Source: a virus
Direction: 5' to 3' (one strand)
Length of the DNA: 64,000 nt
Virus record (IMG/VR): IMGVR_UViG_3300035703_000036
Span: 1 to 64,000 of that record
Position 1 is the stretch's first letter, and every line of letters begins with the position of its first letter. This document shows, piece by piece, positions 19,803 to 27,651 of the stretch. Below the pieces are notes generated by a model. That model saw only the letters and a list, made by a program, of their open reading frames with translations. It did not search any database and had not been told where the DNA came from. The position numbers and the translations under genes are program-made.

Positions 19803-20351
19803 ATGAATAAAGAAATAATAGAAACAATCCAATTAACTCTAAGTTCACTTAAACGCGATCCCATCGTATGTGCCAGAATTTTTTCCATAATATTTCTGTT
19901 TTATAAATTTCTCAAGAAAGACAGGATGTTCAGAGTAGATTTTCAAGCCATTATAAATTTTACAGTGTTCATGATTATGGTTACGCTTGTAAGGCTGATA
20001 GTTTTGGTTAATTTTCCAATCACAGTTCCAGCAGGATTAGAACAAGTCTCAAACATAGGAATTCTATTTGTCTTCTGGGAAGATTTGTTTTTTGCTTATC
20101 CGATCATTATAGTAGAAAACTATATCAACAACAAATACCTGAGAAATCTCCTAATTTTTGCCATTTCTTTTATGTTTATGATGGGCCATACTTATCAAGG
20201 TTTAAGAGGTCTAATCACTATTGTCATACCTTATTTTGTAATGGCTAAGGTCGGAAAGAAATACGGCTTAGGAACTTCAATGGTTGGTCACGTTATGTAT
20301 GATTTATTCACAGTGTTGACCGTTATTTTTGCATTAGCTTTATTGCCTTAG
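19803..20351 (+). CDS. CPBP (CAAX/Abi) family intramembrane protease
   Basis: Multi-TM protein; WEDLFF, FMMGHTYQG and GHVMYD match the ExxxR-like, FxxxH and HxxxD/N motifs. Confidence 0.75.
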   Translation: MNKEIIETIQLTLSSLKRDPIVCARIFSIIFLFYKFLKKDRMFRVDFQAIINFTVFMIMVTLVRLIVLVNFPITVPAGLEQVSNIGILFVFWEDLFFAYPIIIVENYINNKYLRNLLIFAISFMFMMGHTYQGLRGLITIVIPYFVMAKVGKKYGLGTSMVGHVMYDLFTVLTVIFALALLP

Positions 20352-20352
20352 T

Positions 20353-21129
20353 ATGGAAAAACCAAAGTACAACGATGAATTAAGCGAAAAGATAGGCGAG
20401 GCCTATCAATATAAAATTCGCTTAAAAAAAGCGGAAGAAGAAAAGTCCAATCCCTATTGGCAAAATGCCGACCTAGATCTTTCCAAAGCTATTGTCAAGC
20501 CAATCGATAGAACACTTGCTAAAAAAATAATTGAAGAATACGAATGGCTCGGATGTATGCCGGCGATCAGCAAGTACTATTTTGGTATATTTTTCGGAGA
20601 TGTTTGCGGCGGAGTTGTAGTTTTTAGTACTGAATATTCAGAAAATCTTGGATGCTGGAAAAAGTATGGATATGAAGGCAAGATGATATTGTTAAGCAGA
20701 GGCGTCTGCTTACATTGGACGCCAAAGAATACGGGAAGCAAGCTCATAACAAGAGCTATCAAAATGCTGCCGAAAGAATATGAAGTGATTACCGCTACAA
20801 CAGATCATTTAGCTGGAGAAGTTGGAACGATTTATCAGGCTTGCAACTTTTATTATATTGGCTCTATGCGAGATTCTAATCCAAAAGTTAATTCAAGAAA
20901 AGGCGATAGATTTGGTGTTGTGATCAATGGAAAACTATATTCAGCTAGAGCTTGCAGGGCCAAGTTTGGATCTCAAAAGAAAGCCGACATATTAAAACAT
21001 CATCCGGACGCTCAATTCGTAAAGCAAAGATCAAAGCATAGATATTTTCTGTTTAGAGGAAGTAAAGAAACTGTAGAAAAACACAAGCAAGCAATAAGTC
21101 ATTTGATTAAAGAGTTTCCTAAGAGATAA
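20353..21129 (+). CDS. mom: Mom-family (GNAT-fold) DNA adenine modification enzyme
   Basis: V.PI....AKKII..Y.W.G..P....YFGIF, GVVVF, LLSR....P.NTGSKLI.RAIK and TD...GEVGTIYQACNFYYIG motif series of Mom-like proteins. Confidence 0.75.
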   Translation: MEKPKYNDELSEKIGEAYQYKIRLKKAEEEKSNPYWQNADLDLSKAIVKPIDRTLAKKIIEEYEWLGCMPAISKYYFGIFFGDVCGGVVVFSTEYSENLGCWKKYGYEGKMILLSRGVCLHWTPKNTGSKLITRAIKMLPKEYEVITATTDHLAGEVGTIYQACNFYYIGSMRDSNPKVNSRKGDRFGVVINGKLYSARACRAKFGSQKKADILKHHPDAQFVKQRSKHRYFLFRGSKETVEKHKQAISHLIKEFPKR

Positions 21130-21143
21130 TGTTAATATTATAT

Positions 21144-21217
21144 GCGGGTGTAGTTTAGCTAAAACGCCGGCAATTCCATGCCGGAGATGGCGGTGAAAAT
21201 CCGACCTGCCCGCTCCA
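21144..21217 (+). tRNA. atypical tRNA-Gly-like RNA (TCC within an 8-nt loop, encoded CCA)
   Basis: Acceptor GCGGGTG/TGCCCGC plus T73 and CCA; D stem GTTT/AAAC; anticodon stem CCGGC/GCCGG with loop AATTCCAT; T stem GGCGG/CCG(A)CC with loop TGAAAAT. Confidence 0.85.
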
Positions 21218-21233
21218 AAAAAAAAGGAGTTTT

Positions 21234-21431
21234 ATGGATCGTAAAGATGATATGCTTTTTGCATATTGGTGGTCAAAAGTTCAATCTGAATTTCCTAGAA
21301 TCAACAAAAACGATGCCAAAGAAATCTTTTTATCGGCTTGCAACATTAAAAATAAACAAATTGAAGAATTAGAAACAAAAACCAAGCAATCGTCCAGTCA
21401 AGATAAAAGTCAAAAGCTCAGCGAATTATAA
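21234..21431 (+). CDS. hypothetical protein (paralogue family with 22329 and 26966)
   Basis: RBS aaggag; MD.KD...F..W...AC..KNKQ pattern. Confidence 0.6.
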   Translation: MDRKDDMLFAYWWSKVQSEFPRINKNDAKEIFLSACNIKNKQIEELETKTKQSSSQDKSQKLSEL

Positions 21432-21432
21432 T

Positions 21433-21461
21433 TTGCAAATTTACTAAAAGTGTGGTAATAT
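21433..21461 (+). promoter_or_regulatory. sigma70-like promoter
   Basis: TTGCAA-17 nt-TAATAT with extended TG. Confidence 0.6.
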
Positions 21462-21477
21462 AGGTCAAGAGGTAAAA

Positions 21478-21645
21478 ATGAAACCAATTGACCTTATCAT
21501 CATTGTATTAGGATTAGTCTTAACACTAACTATCACCAATCATTTGTCTGACAGGAATAAGTGTGAAAATGTTAATGGGATAATGGTTAGAAGCACGTTC
21601 AAAAATATCTGCGTAGACAAAAGTGTAGTGAGGGAGTTGGAATGA
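21478..21645 (+). CDS. small membrane protein (not in the ORF track)
   Basis: RBS gaggt; MKPIDLIIIVLGLVLTLTI..; ATGA overlap with the next gene. Confidence 0.5.
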   Translation: MKPIDLIIIVLGLVLTLTITNHLSDRNKCENVNGIMVRSTFKNICVDKSVVRELE

Positions 21646-21887
21646 AATATTTATTATTATTTCTAATATCTTTTAATTGTTTTGCCATTACAGAAAAAGA
21701 ATCTGAATTAAACCTAAAAGAATGCGGATATGAGGATAGCCGAGAATTTATTCTTGATAAAAATATCGCTTGTGTCGATGTTAATGCTTGGGATTATTGC
21801 CCAGAAACAGGCGTTAGGCATTTTAATGGAATGTGTGACACAATGTCACAGGATGATTTCTTAGACAAGCATGAGGAAGTAGATTGA
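21642..21887 (+). CDS. small exported Cys-rich protein
   Basis: Signal peptide MKYLLLFLISFNCFA. Confidence 0.6.
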   Translation: MKYLLLFLISFNCFAITEKESELNLKECGYEDSREFILDKNIACVDVNAWDYCPETGVRHFNGMCDTMSQDDFLDKHEEVD

Positions 21888-22300
21888 TTACAATAATGTA
21901 CGGTGGGATTACTCACCATTATGTCGGATCTAAATTACCATACTGCAATACAATTAATAATTATGGAACTATTCACAACGAATACGTGGCAGTATTGGTA
22001 GGAAATGAAAAGTACAGAGCGGGTATTTTAAGAGGAAAAGACTCTGCATGCGGTAACATATATGGCGGAATAGGCGCGACAAGTGTATCTAAAAATGTAG
22101 ATTTTGTTTTGGGCGGATACAACACTAATTTTGAAGAGTTTCATAAGCGTAACATTGAGCCGCCATCATACAAAGGAATAACGCCAGTAGCTGGTTTTGA
22201 CTTTAAAATTCCTATCTATTCTAATAAACAATATTCTATTAAAATTGACAACCTAATATCTGTCGGAATCATAACTCATTCTCTGAGCATTGATTTCTAG
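21884..22300 (+). CDS. hypothetical beta-rich protein
   Basis: TTG start overlapping the previous stop; alternating beta strands; C-terminal Phe. Confidence 0.6.
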   Translation: MITIMYGGITHHYVGSKLPYCNTINNYGTIHNEYVAVLVGNEKYRAGILRGKDSACGNIYGGIGATSVSKNVDFVLGGYNTNFEEFHKRNIEPPSYKGITPVAGFDFKIPIYSNKQYSIKIDNLISVGIITHSLSIDF

Positions 22301-22328
22301 AGGTAAAAACTAAAAACAGGAGTAAAAA

Positions 22329-22808
22329 ATGAACGAAAAAGACTTAGAAGCATTTAGAGATTTAATTGATTCCATTCACCCATCTTATAAAAGCTATAGC
22401 GTTTCTTATTTGAAAGAAATTTTCCCGCAAGAGTTTCAGGCGTTCGAAGCAGGATGCTCACACTCAAAGAAAGAAGGTCAAGCCCCTAATAAAGAGTTAG
22501 AAGAATTAAAAAGCCTTCTTGCGACTAGCGAAGAACTATCTGATTCAAAGGATGAAGATCTAAAAAATTTAAAAAGTTCGTACAATACTGCTCTGAAAAC
22601 TATTGAAGGACAAACGGCTTTGCTAAAAGAAATGACGACAAAGCTTGAATCGACAAAAAAGCTGACGGAAGAGTTACGACAAGAATTAAATCTTTTAAAA
22701 TCTAAAAACGCAGAAATGAATGCAAGATTAGAAAAACAACAAGTTAAACGTAAGATGGAGTTATCGCAAGCTACGCCAGAAGAATTAGAAGGACTGCCTA
22801 AAGAATAA
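22329..22808 (+). CDS. coiled-coil hypothetical protein
   Basis: RBS aggag; long heptad region. Confidence 0.7.
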   Translation: MNEKDLEAFRDLIDSIHPSYKSYSVSYLKEIFPQEFQAFEAGCSHSKKEGQAPNKELEELKSLLATSEELSDSKDEDLKNLKSSYNTALKTIEGQTALLKEMTTKLESTKKLTEELRQELNLLKSKNAEMNARLEKQQVKRKMELSQATPEELEGLPKE

Positions 22809-22829
22809 ACACAAGACTAAGGCTATAAA

Positions 22830-23114
22830 ATGAAATTAAATGTAGATGATTATAGAAAAAATAAACCATTTGTGGTTAGGATTGCCATAGAAAATGGGCT
22901 TCATACAGTTTCATTTGTAGCGGCAAATACAGGCATTCCTGTATTGGCCATTCTTCATTTTATAGCCGAAGACATTGGGTATACTAAAGAAATTTTACTT
23001 CACATTAAAAAAGTGATGCACTTTTATAAATACACCCACATTTCAGGAACGGCAGATATTGATATTGAGGCCGAATTGGCTAAGCTAGAACAGGAAGAAT
23101 TTGACAATAATTAA
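22830..23114 (+). CDS. hypothetical protein
   Basis: ORF within a tightly packed operon. Confidence 0.6.
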   Translation: MKLNVDDYRKNKPFVVRIAIENGLHTVSFVAANTGIPVLAILHFIAEDIGYTKEILLHIKKVMHFYKYTHISGTADIDIEAELAKLEQEEFDNN

Positions 23115-23129
23115 TAAATAGTGTACAAT
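23101..23129 (+). promoter_or_regulatory. sigma70-like promoter
   Basis: TTGACA-17 nt-TACAAT. Confidence 0.7.
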
Positions 23130-23343
23130 AAGGAAATAATTATGGTTTATATTTTATTTGCAGCGGTATTTTATAGTTCTACAGCTACTAACTTTAAACA
23201 TGAGTTTAAAAAACAAGTAGATTGCGAAACCGCTCTTCATAATTTTAAGCTAAATTTTACCAAAGTTGAAGGTTTTTGCCAACAAGCCAGTAAGTGAACT
23301 GTTTGGTAACATACTGTTCAATATAATTACAAGGAGCTATGAT

Positions 23344-23811
23344 ATGAACATATTTGCAACGTCAGAATGCCCAATTCAATCGGCTAAATTTCTGGATAAT
23401 AAACGCTGTATCAAAATGTGTCTTGAATCTGCACAGTTATTATCCACAGCCTTGCGCGTACATGGCTACAAGGGGTCTGACATTTATAGAATAGCTCACC
23501 TCAATCATCCAAGTAATGTTTGGGCGCGAACTACGCGCGGTAATTATCGGTGGCTTTTGGCTCATTTTAAAGCGTTATGCGAAGAATACACAAGGCGCAC
23601 AGGCAAGACTCATGCAAGCTCTAAACTATTATCAATATTTGAAGTTAATGCACATTTAATACCAGAAGGTAAACGCATGCCTTTTTCAAATAACGCTCGC
23701 AACCTTACTAAGGGAGTGGATTTTACGCATGTTGAAGATGTAACCGTAGCGTACCAGCTTTATCTATCATCACGCTGGGAGGCCGATAAACGTGAGCCGG
23801 TGTGGAGTTAA
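23344..23811 (+). CDS. pyrimidine-dimer DNA glycosylase / endonuclease V-like protein
   Basis: ATG at 23344 after aggag; MNIF....P..SA..L.NKR..KM.LESAQLLSTA, H.NHPS..W.R...NY.WL and LCEEY..R.GK.H motifs. Confidence 0.75.
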   Translation: MNIFATSECPIQSAKFLDNKRCIKMCLESAQLLSTALRVHGYKGSDIYRIAHLNHPSNVWARTTRGNYRWLLAHFKALCEEYTRRTGKTHASSKLLSIFEVNAHLIPEGKRMPFSNNARNLTKGVDFTHVEDVTVAYQLYLSSRWEADKREPVWS

Positions 23812-23812
23812 T

Positions 23813-23974
23813 ATGGAAGAAAAAATAACTTGCTTAAAACAACAAATAAAAGCCTTGGTAGCCTATATGCGTATTAAAATTGATCAAGCCGATTGGCATG
23901 CAGTTGCAGATGCTGCAATGGATATACGAGAACTAGAGGCAAAAATAAAAGTGTACGAAGAATATAAAGATTAA
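23813..23974 (+). CDS. hypothetical protein
   Basis: DWHAVADAAMDIRELEA motif; ATG directly after the previous stop. Confidence 0.55.
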   Translation: MEEKITCLKQQIKALVAYMRIKIDQADWHAVADAAMDIRELEAKIKVYEEYKD

Positions 23975-24518
23975 ATCGGAGATTGTATGTTAATTGAACT
24001 AAAAACTTCATCTATTATAACTAGAAGTGAAAGCGCTAATTTATTTGAACTTCCTAAAGAGTTAGATAAGACCATTATTAATTAATCTTATGTAAAGTTA
24101 TCTTTTTGGAATAAACTAGGTTAAACTAATTATATATGCCCCATTGGCATTTTTACCTATTTTATCAAAAATGATAATATGGGTAAAACATAGTATCAAC
24201 TTCAATGTGAAAACAATACGTTACAAAACGGTATAAATTTAATTAGAGGTAGCAATGGAAATTACTAAAATGATCTCACAATTTTTAGCAGAACATCCTA
24301 TAAAAAGTTTTATGTTTATTCTGGCGTTTAGATTAGTTAGTGTAAGTAGGTATGGTTGTAAATGAATAAAATAGATATAGCATTATTACTAATATGCTTA
24401 TACGATTCTTACGCTTTACACAAGAAAAGAAAGAGAATAGCTGAGTTAGAAAACGAGCTTATTGATCTTAAGATGAAAGCGATGTTTGGTAACATAGAAG
24501 ATAGATTGGAGCCAGAAT

Positions 24519-24740
24519 ATGAAGAGAAGTGAAGCATTAAAAATTATAGACGATGCGTACGGTGAGTTTTGTGCTGATTGGTTGAGAGCTGACTTAAACG
24601 ACCTAGAAGGGTTTGTAGCTTTGAATGAACGGATCTTGTCTGCGTTGGAGAAAGCTGGAATGATGCCTCCTGAATATATTGTAGATTACTGTCCCTTAAT
24701 GACAACCTATGCTTGGGAAAAAGAAAATGAAAAGAAGTGA
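24519..24740 (+). CDS. hypothetical protein, paralogue of 24727
   Basis: MKRSE...LEKAGMMPP.Y. Confidence 0.65.
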   Translation: MKRSEALKIIDDAYGEFCADWLRADLNDLEGFVALNERILSALEKAGMMPPEYIVDYCPLMTTYAWEKENEKK

Positions 24741-24966
24741 AATGGTAAAGCTAATTGTAGATTCAATAGAATTTCACAATGGCAATGATCCTAGCTGGTT
24801 AGAACAACCGAGTATGCGAAGACAAAAAGAACAGGCTTACGATGTCGCCTCTAAACTTCTATCCGATATAGAAAAAGCCGGCATGCTTCCTCCCAAATAT
24901 TCCAAAGAAATTAAGCACAAAAATGAAAAACAATTACAAATAGAGTTTATCCAAGACTGGGAATAA
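24727..24966 (+). CDS. hypothetical protein, paralogue of 24519
   Basis: MKRSE...IEKAGMLPP.Y. Confidence 0.65.
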   Translation: MKRSEMVKLIVDSIEFHNGNDPSWLEQPSMRRQKEQAYDVASKLLSDIEKAGMLPPKYSKEIKHKNEKQLQIEFIQDWE

Positions 24967-25220
24967 TGAACTTAAGTATAATTTTACTAAATTTTACAAT
25001 AAATTGCTTGGAAATATCAAGTTTACACCCTGTAAAAGAAGGGTGTATGATTATGGATGAGGATAGAAAACACAAAATAGCTAATATTTCATGTCATAAA
25101 ATCTCTACTTCCTGTAATGAATTATTCATAAAAAAGTTTCAAATAATGTGTTCTGGTAAAGATTGTAAGGGTAAAACACCCCAAAAAAGCCCTTTCTCTT
25201 CAAAAAAGACCAAAAAATAG
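24966..25220 (+). CDS. Cys-rich hypothetical protein
   Basis: TAATG coupling with the previous gene. Confidence 0.5.
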   Translation: MNLSIILLNFTINCLEISSLHPVKEGCMIMDEDRKHKIANISCHKISTSCNELFIKKFQIMCSGKDCKGKTPQKSPFSSKKTKK

Positions 25221-25221
25221 C

Positions 25222-25250
25222 GTGACATAATTCTATTTTCATGTTAATAT
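25222..25250 (+). promoter_or_regulatory. sigma70-like promoter
   Basis: GTGACA-17 nt-TAATAT with extended TG. Confidence 0.6.
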
Positions 25251-25269
25251 AAGTGAAAAGGGAGTTTGT

Positions 25270-25455
25270 ATGAAAGTTACAACAGACGCAAGCGAGAACA
25301 TTGTAATTACTCAACTTGAGCTTGGTAAGATGTACAACAACATCAGCAACATCTACTACTCTTTGTTTGACAAGCTTGAAACTCAGGACAAATTAAAGTT
25401 AGAAGCGGCACTAGATAATATTAGAGCAATTAGAAATAAGAATTTTGACGATTAG
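25270..25455 (+). CDS. hypothetical protein
   Basis: RBS ggag; follows a promoter. Confidence 0.6.
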   Translation: MKVTTDASENIVITQLELGKMYNNISNIYYSLFDKLETQDKLKLEAALDNIRAIRNKNFDD

Positions 25456-25551
25456 AGAAGCTAAGGTCGCACCTTAGATGAACTGGAAGATACGGGGTAG
25501 TCCTGAGAGATAAGCCGACAAAGCAAGAAGCCCGACCATAGGAGCCAAAAG

Positions 25552-25770
25552 ATGAATGATTTAGCAAATCTCATGGTATTTTTATCGTCAACAGATACCG
25601 TTTACTCTACGTTCACAGAGCCTAAATTTATTGACGATGAAGCTATTAAGTTAGGTACTGTGTTATGTATCTCAGTAAGAGATAGTGTTAATTTTAATTT
25701 TGACAGAGATGGTAAACTGATAGGAACAAGTACAGACTCTATTAAGAGTTTTATAAAAGCGAGAAAATAA
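25552..25770 (+). CDS. hypothetical protein
   Basis: RBS aggag. Confidence 0.6.
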   Translation: MNDLANLMVFLSSTDTVYSTFTEPKFIDDEAIKLGTVLCISVRDSVNFNFDRDGKLIGTSTDSIKSFIKARK

Positions 25771-25772
25771 AA

Positions 25773-25830
25773 TATACCCGATAAGGTATAAATAAATAGA
25801 AACTTGTAATATTATACCCGATAGGGTGTA
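25773..25830. repeat. two 18-bp imperfect palindromes 40 bp apart
   Basis: TATACCCGATAAGGTATA (25773-25790) and TATACCCGATAGGGTGTA (25813-25830). Confidence 0.85.
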
Positions 25831-25843
25831 GATTGGAATTAAC

Positions 25844-26071
25844 ATGATAACTAAAGGAACGCTTTCATTTAACCTTGACGAACACGAAGGGCGTGAAAGT
25901 ATGGAGAACGCTTTAAAAGCGAACCTATTCAAAATGAAAATAGACACGCTTTACAACGAAGTGTTCCGTGAGATAATGCGAAATAAAGTTGACAAATACA
26001 CGGAAGCTGAGGTAGAATTTACTGAGAAGCTTTGGCAGCGAGTAAGTTGTCATTTTGAAATGGGAGAATAG
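25844..26071 (+). CDS. hypothetical protein
   Basis: ORF in a small-gene array. Confidence 0.6.
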   Translation: MITKGTLSFNLDEHEGRESMENALKANLFKMKIDTLYNEVFREIMRNKVDKYTEAEVEFTEKLWQRVSCHFEMGE

Positions 26072-26072
26072 T

Positions 26073-26249
26073 ATGAGTAATAAATTTTTAGGTTTACTTT
26101 TATTGAGTTTACCTTTCGCATTAATATTAGCTGTATGTATTGGGTGTTTAGGCTTAGTTGATGGTGTATTAGCATTTCTCTTGGCTATGCTAGCAACAGC
26201 AATCATCACTTTATGTGTAGCTAAGGGCATTGATCTTTTAGGAGAATAA
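26073..26249 (+). CDS. small two-TM membrane protein
   Basis: Almost entirely hydrophobic; ggag RBS. Confidence 0.55.
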   Translation: MSNKFLGLLLLSLPFALILAVCIGCLGLVDGVLAFLLAMLATAIITLCVAKGIDLLGE

Positions 26250-26250
26250 T

Positions 26251-26484
26251 ATGACCACTATAAGAAATCTAATTAAATACTTAGAGCAATGGGACGGAAG
26301 TCTTCCTCTTAATGACGGAGAATTTCAACTTGCTATGTTAGAAGAAATGGATTTTATTTTAATTAAAAGTAGAACATATAAAACGCTTCAAGAAGAGTCT
26401 CAATTCTTAGCAGCATTAGAAGAGTGTGGTGTTGATAATTGGAATGGGTACAGTGATGCTTGTGCCTTATGTAAGGAGGAGTAG
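26251..26484 (+). CDS. conserved phage hypothetical protein
   Basis: C-terminal FL.ALE..GVDNW.GY..A motif, common in small phage proteins. Confidence 0.65.
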   Translation: MTTIRNLIKYLEQWDGSLPLNDGEFQLAMLEEMDFILIKSRTYKTLQEESQFLAALEECGVDNWNGYSDACALCKEE

Positions 26485-26486
26485 TC

Positions 26487-26675
26487 GTGAGCGAACAAGA
26501 TAAAATGCAAAAGTGCATAGAGTTATTGCAAAATAAAAGTAACTATACTACAAGAATTATAGCGGAGTTATTGGAGTTAGATTTAATACACAACAACGGA
26601 GATATTGTATCTGGACTAGAGCATGATCTGTGGTGCTTGAATCTGATTCAAGTAAAGGCGGAAGAAAATGATTGA
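26487..26675 (+). CDS. hypothetical protein, paralogue of 27644
   Basis: GTG start after aggagg; HNNGDI.SGLEHDLWCLN. Confidence 0.7.
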   Translation: MSEQDKMQKCIELLQNKSNYTTRIIAELLELDLIHNNGDIVSGLEHDLWCLNLIQVKAEEND

Positions 26676-26931
26676 TGGTATACTAGATGAACTAAAACAA
26701 GAATACGAACGTGCTGTGTATAATGCTTATGCTGACGGTAGAAAAGAAGTGATAGAGAATGAGCTAAAGGAAGCATTAGAAGTCATTAGGTTCTATGCCA
26801 ACTCGATTAATTATTCTGCCAAAGTTGATTATAAGGGTTTACACTATATTTCTATAATCGGAGAAAAGCACGAACTTGGAGAGGATAATGGGAAAAAGGC
26901 TAGAGAGTTTTTGAAAAAATTGGAAGAATAA
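26668..26931 (+). CDS. hypothetical protein
   Basis: FYA...AREFLKKLE motif shared with 26966. Confidence 0.6.
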   Translation: MIDGILDELKQEYERAVYNAYADGRKEVIENELKEALEVIRFYANSINYSAKVDYKGLHYISIIGEKHELGEDNGKKAREFLKKLEE

Positions 26932-26965
26932 GTTTACAATTAAACTGCAAAGAGGTTTACATAAG

Positions 26966-27277
26966 ATGGACAAAAAAGACAAAGAAGCGTTTCTAAATTG
27001 GTGTTATTCAGACGCAGGGGATACGATGCTATCGACTGGTGAGCCTGAGTGGGTTTGGTATGCTGCTTGTGAGTATAAGAATAAACAATACTCCGACATA
27101 TGCGATGTTAGGATGCAGACGAGTCTGAATAATGTTAAACTTCAAGCTGAAAATGCAAAGTTGAGAAAGTGTGTTGAGTTTTACGCTGACTTAGACGACG
27201 AAGCTATATGGTATGATATTAGAGGTGTAACTTATGCTAGACAAGTGTTAAAAGAATTGGAGGGTGAGAATGAATAA
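26966..27277 (+). CDS. hypothetical protein
   Basis: MDKKDKEAF..W...AAC.YKNKQ...FYA...ARQVLKELE. Confidence 0.65.
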   Translation: MDKKDKEAFLNWCYSDAGDTMLSTGEPEWVWYAACEYKNKQYSDICDVRMQTSLNNVKLQAENAKLRKCVEFYADLDDEAIWYDIRGVTYARQVLKELEGENE

Positions 27278-27452
27278 GCTACTAACATGCTTTGTGTTCT
27301 TCCATAAATGGAAGTGCATTTTTGACAGCGAAACTCAAAAGCATAAAATGCGGGAGAAGGGTATCCCTTTGCGAGCATCTATGGCAGGGTACAGTCGCCA
27401 TCAGTGTGTGAAATGTAATAGTGAAAAGATTGAGCGTTGGAGAGCGTTTTAG
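27270..27452 (+). CDS. small Zn-binding hypothetical protein
   Basis: C....HKW...CVKC pattern. Confidence 0.55.
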   Translation: MNKLLTCFVFFHKWKCIFDSETQKHKMREKGIPLRASMAGYSRHQCVKCNSEKIERWRAF

Positions 27453-27453
27453 T

Positions 27454-27651
27454 ATGAAGCCATTTTTAGAACTACAACTACTCGTTTTACAAAATCCAGA
27501 ACTTGCTGCGCTGCAACATAAAATTGATAACGAAACTAAAGGTATGTCGTCGTATGTAAAGTGTCTATATTTAGAGCAACTTATGTTGGATAACGTAACC
27601 ACTATGACAACTCTCCTACAGGAGTTGCGGGAGAAGACAAAAAATGAGTAA
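27454..27651 (+). CDS. hypothetical protein
   Basis: ATG directly after the previous stop. Confidence 0.55.
   Translation: MKPFLELQLLVLQNPELAALQHKIDNETKGMSSYVKCLYLEQLMLDNVTTMTTLLQELREKTKNE

Noticed and set aside
21178-21372. ORF-track 64-aa ORF starting inside the tRNA-like element
   Set aside because: It overlaps the cloverleaf and the better-supported 21234 ORF, which has an RBS; probably spurious
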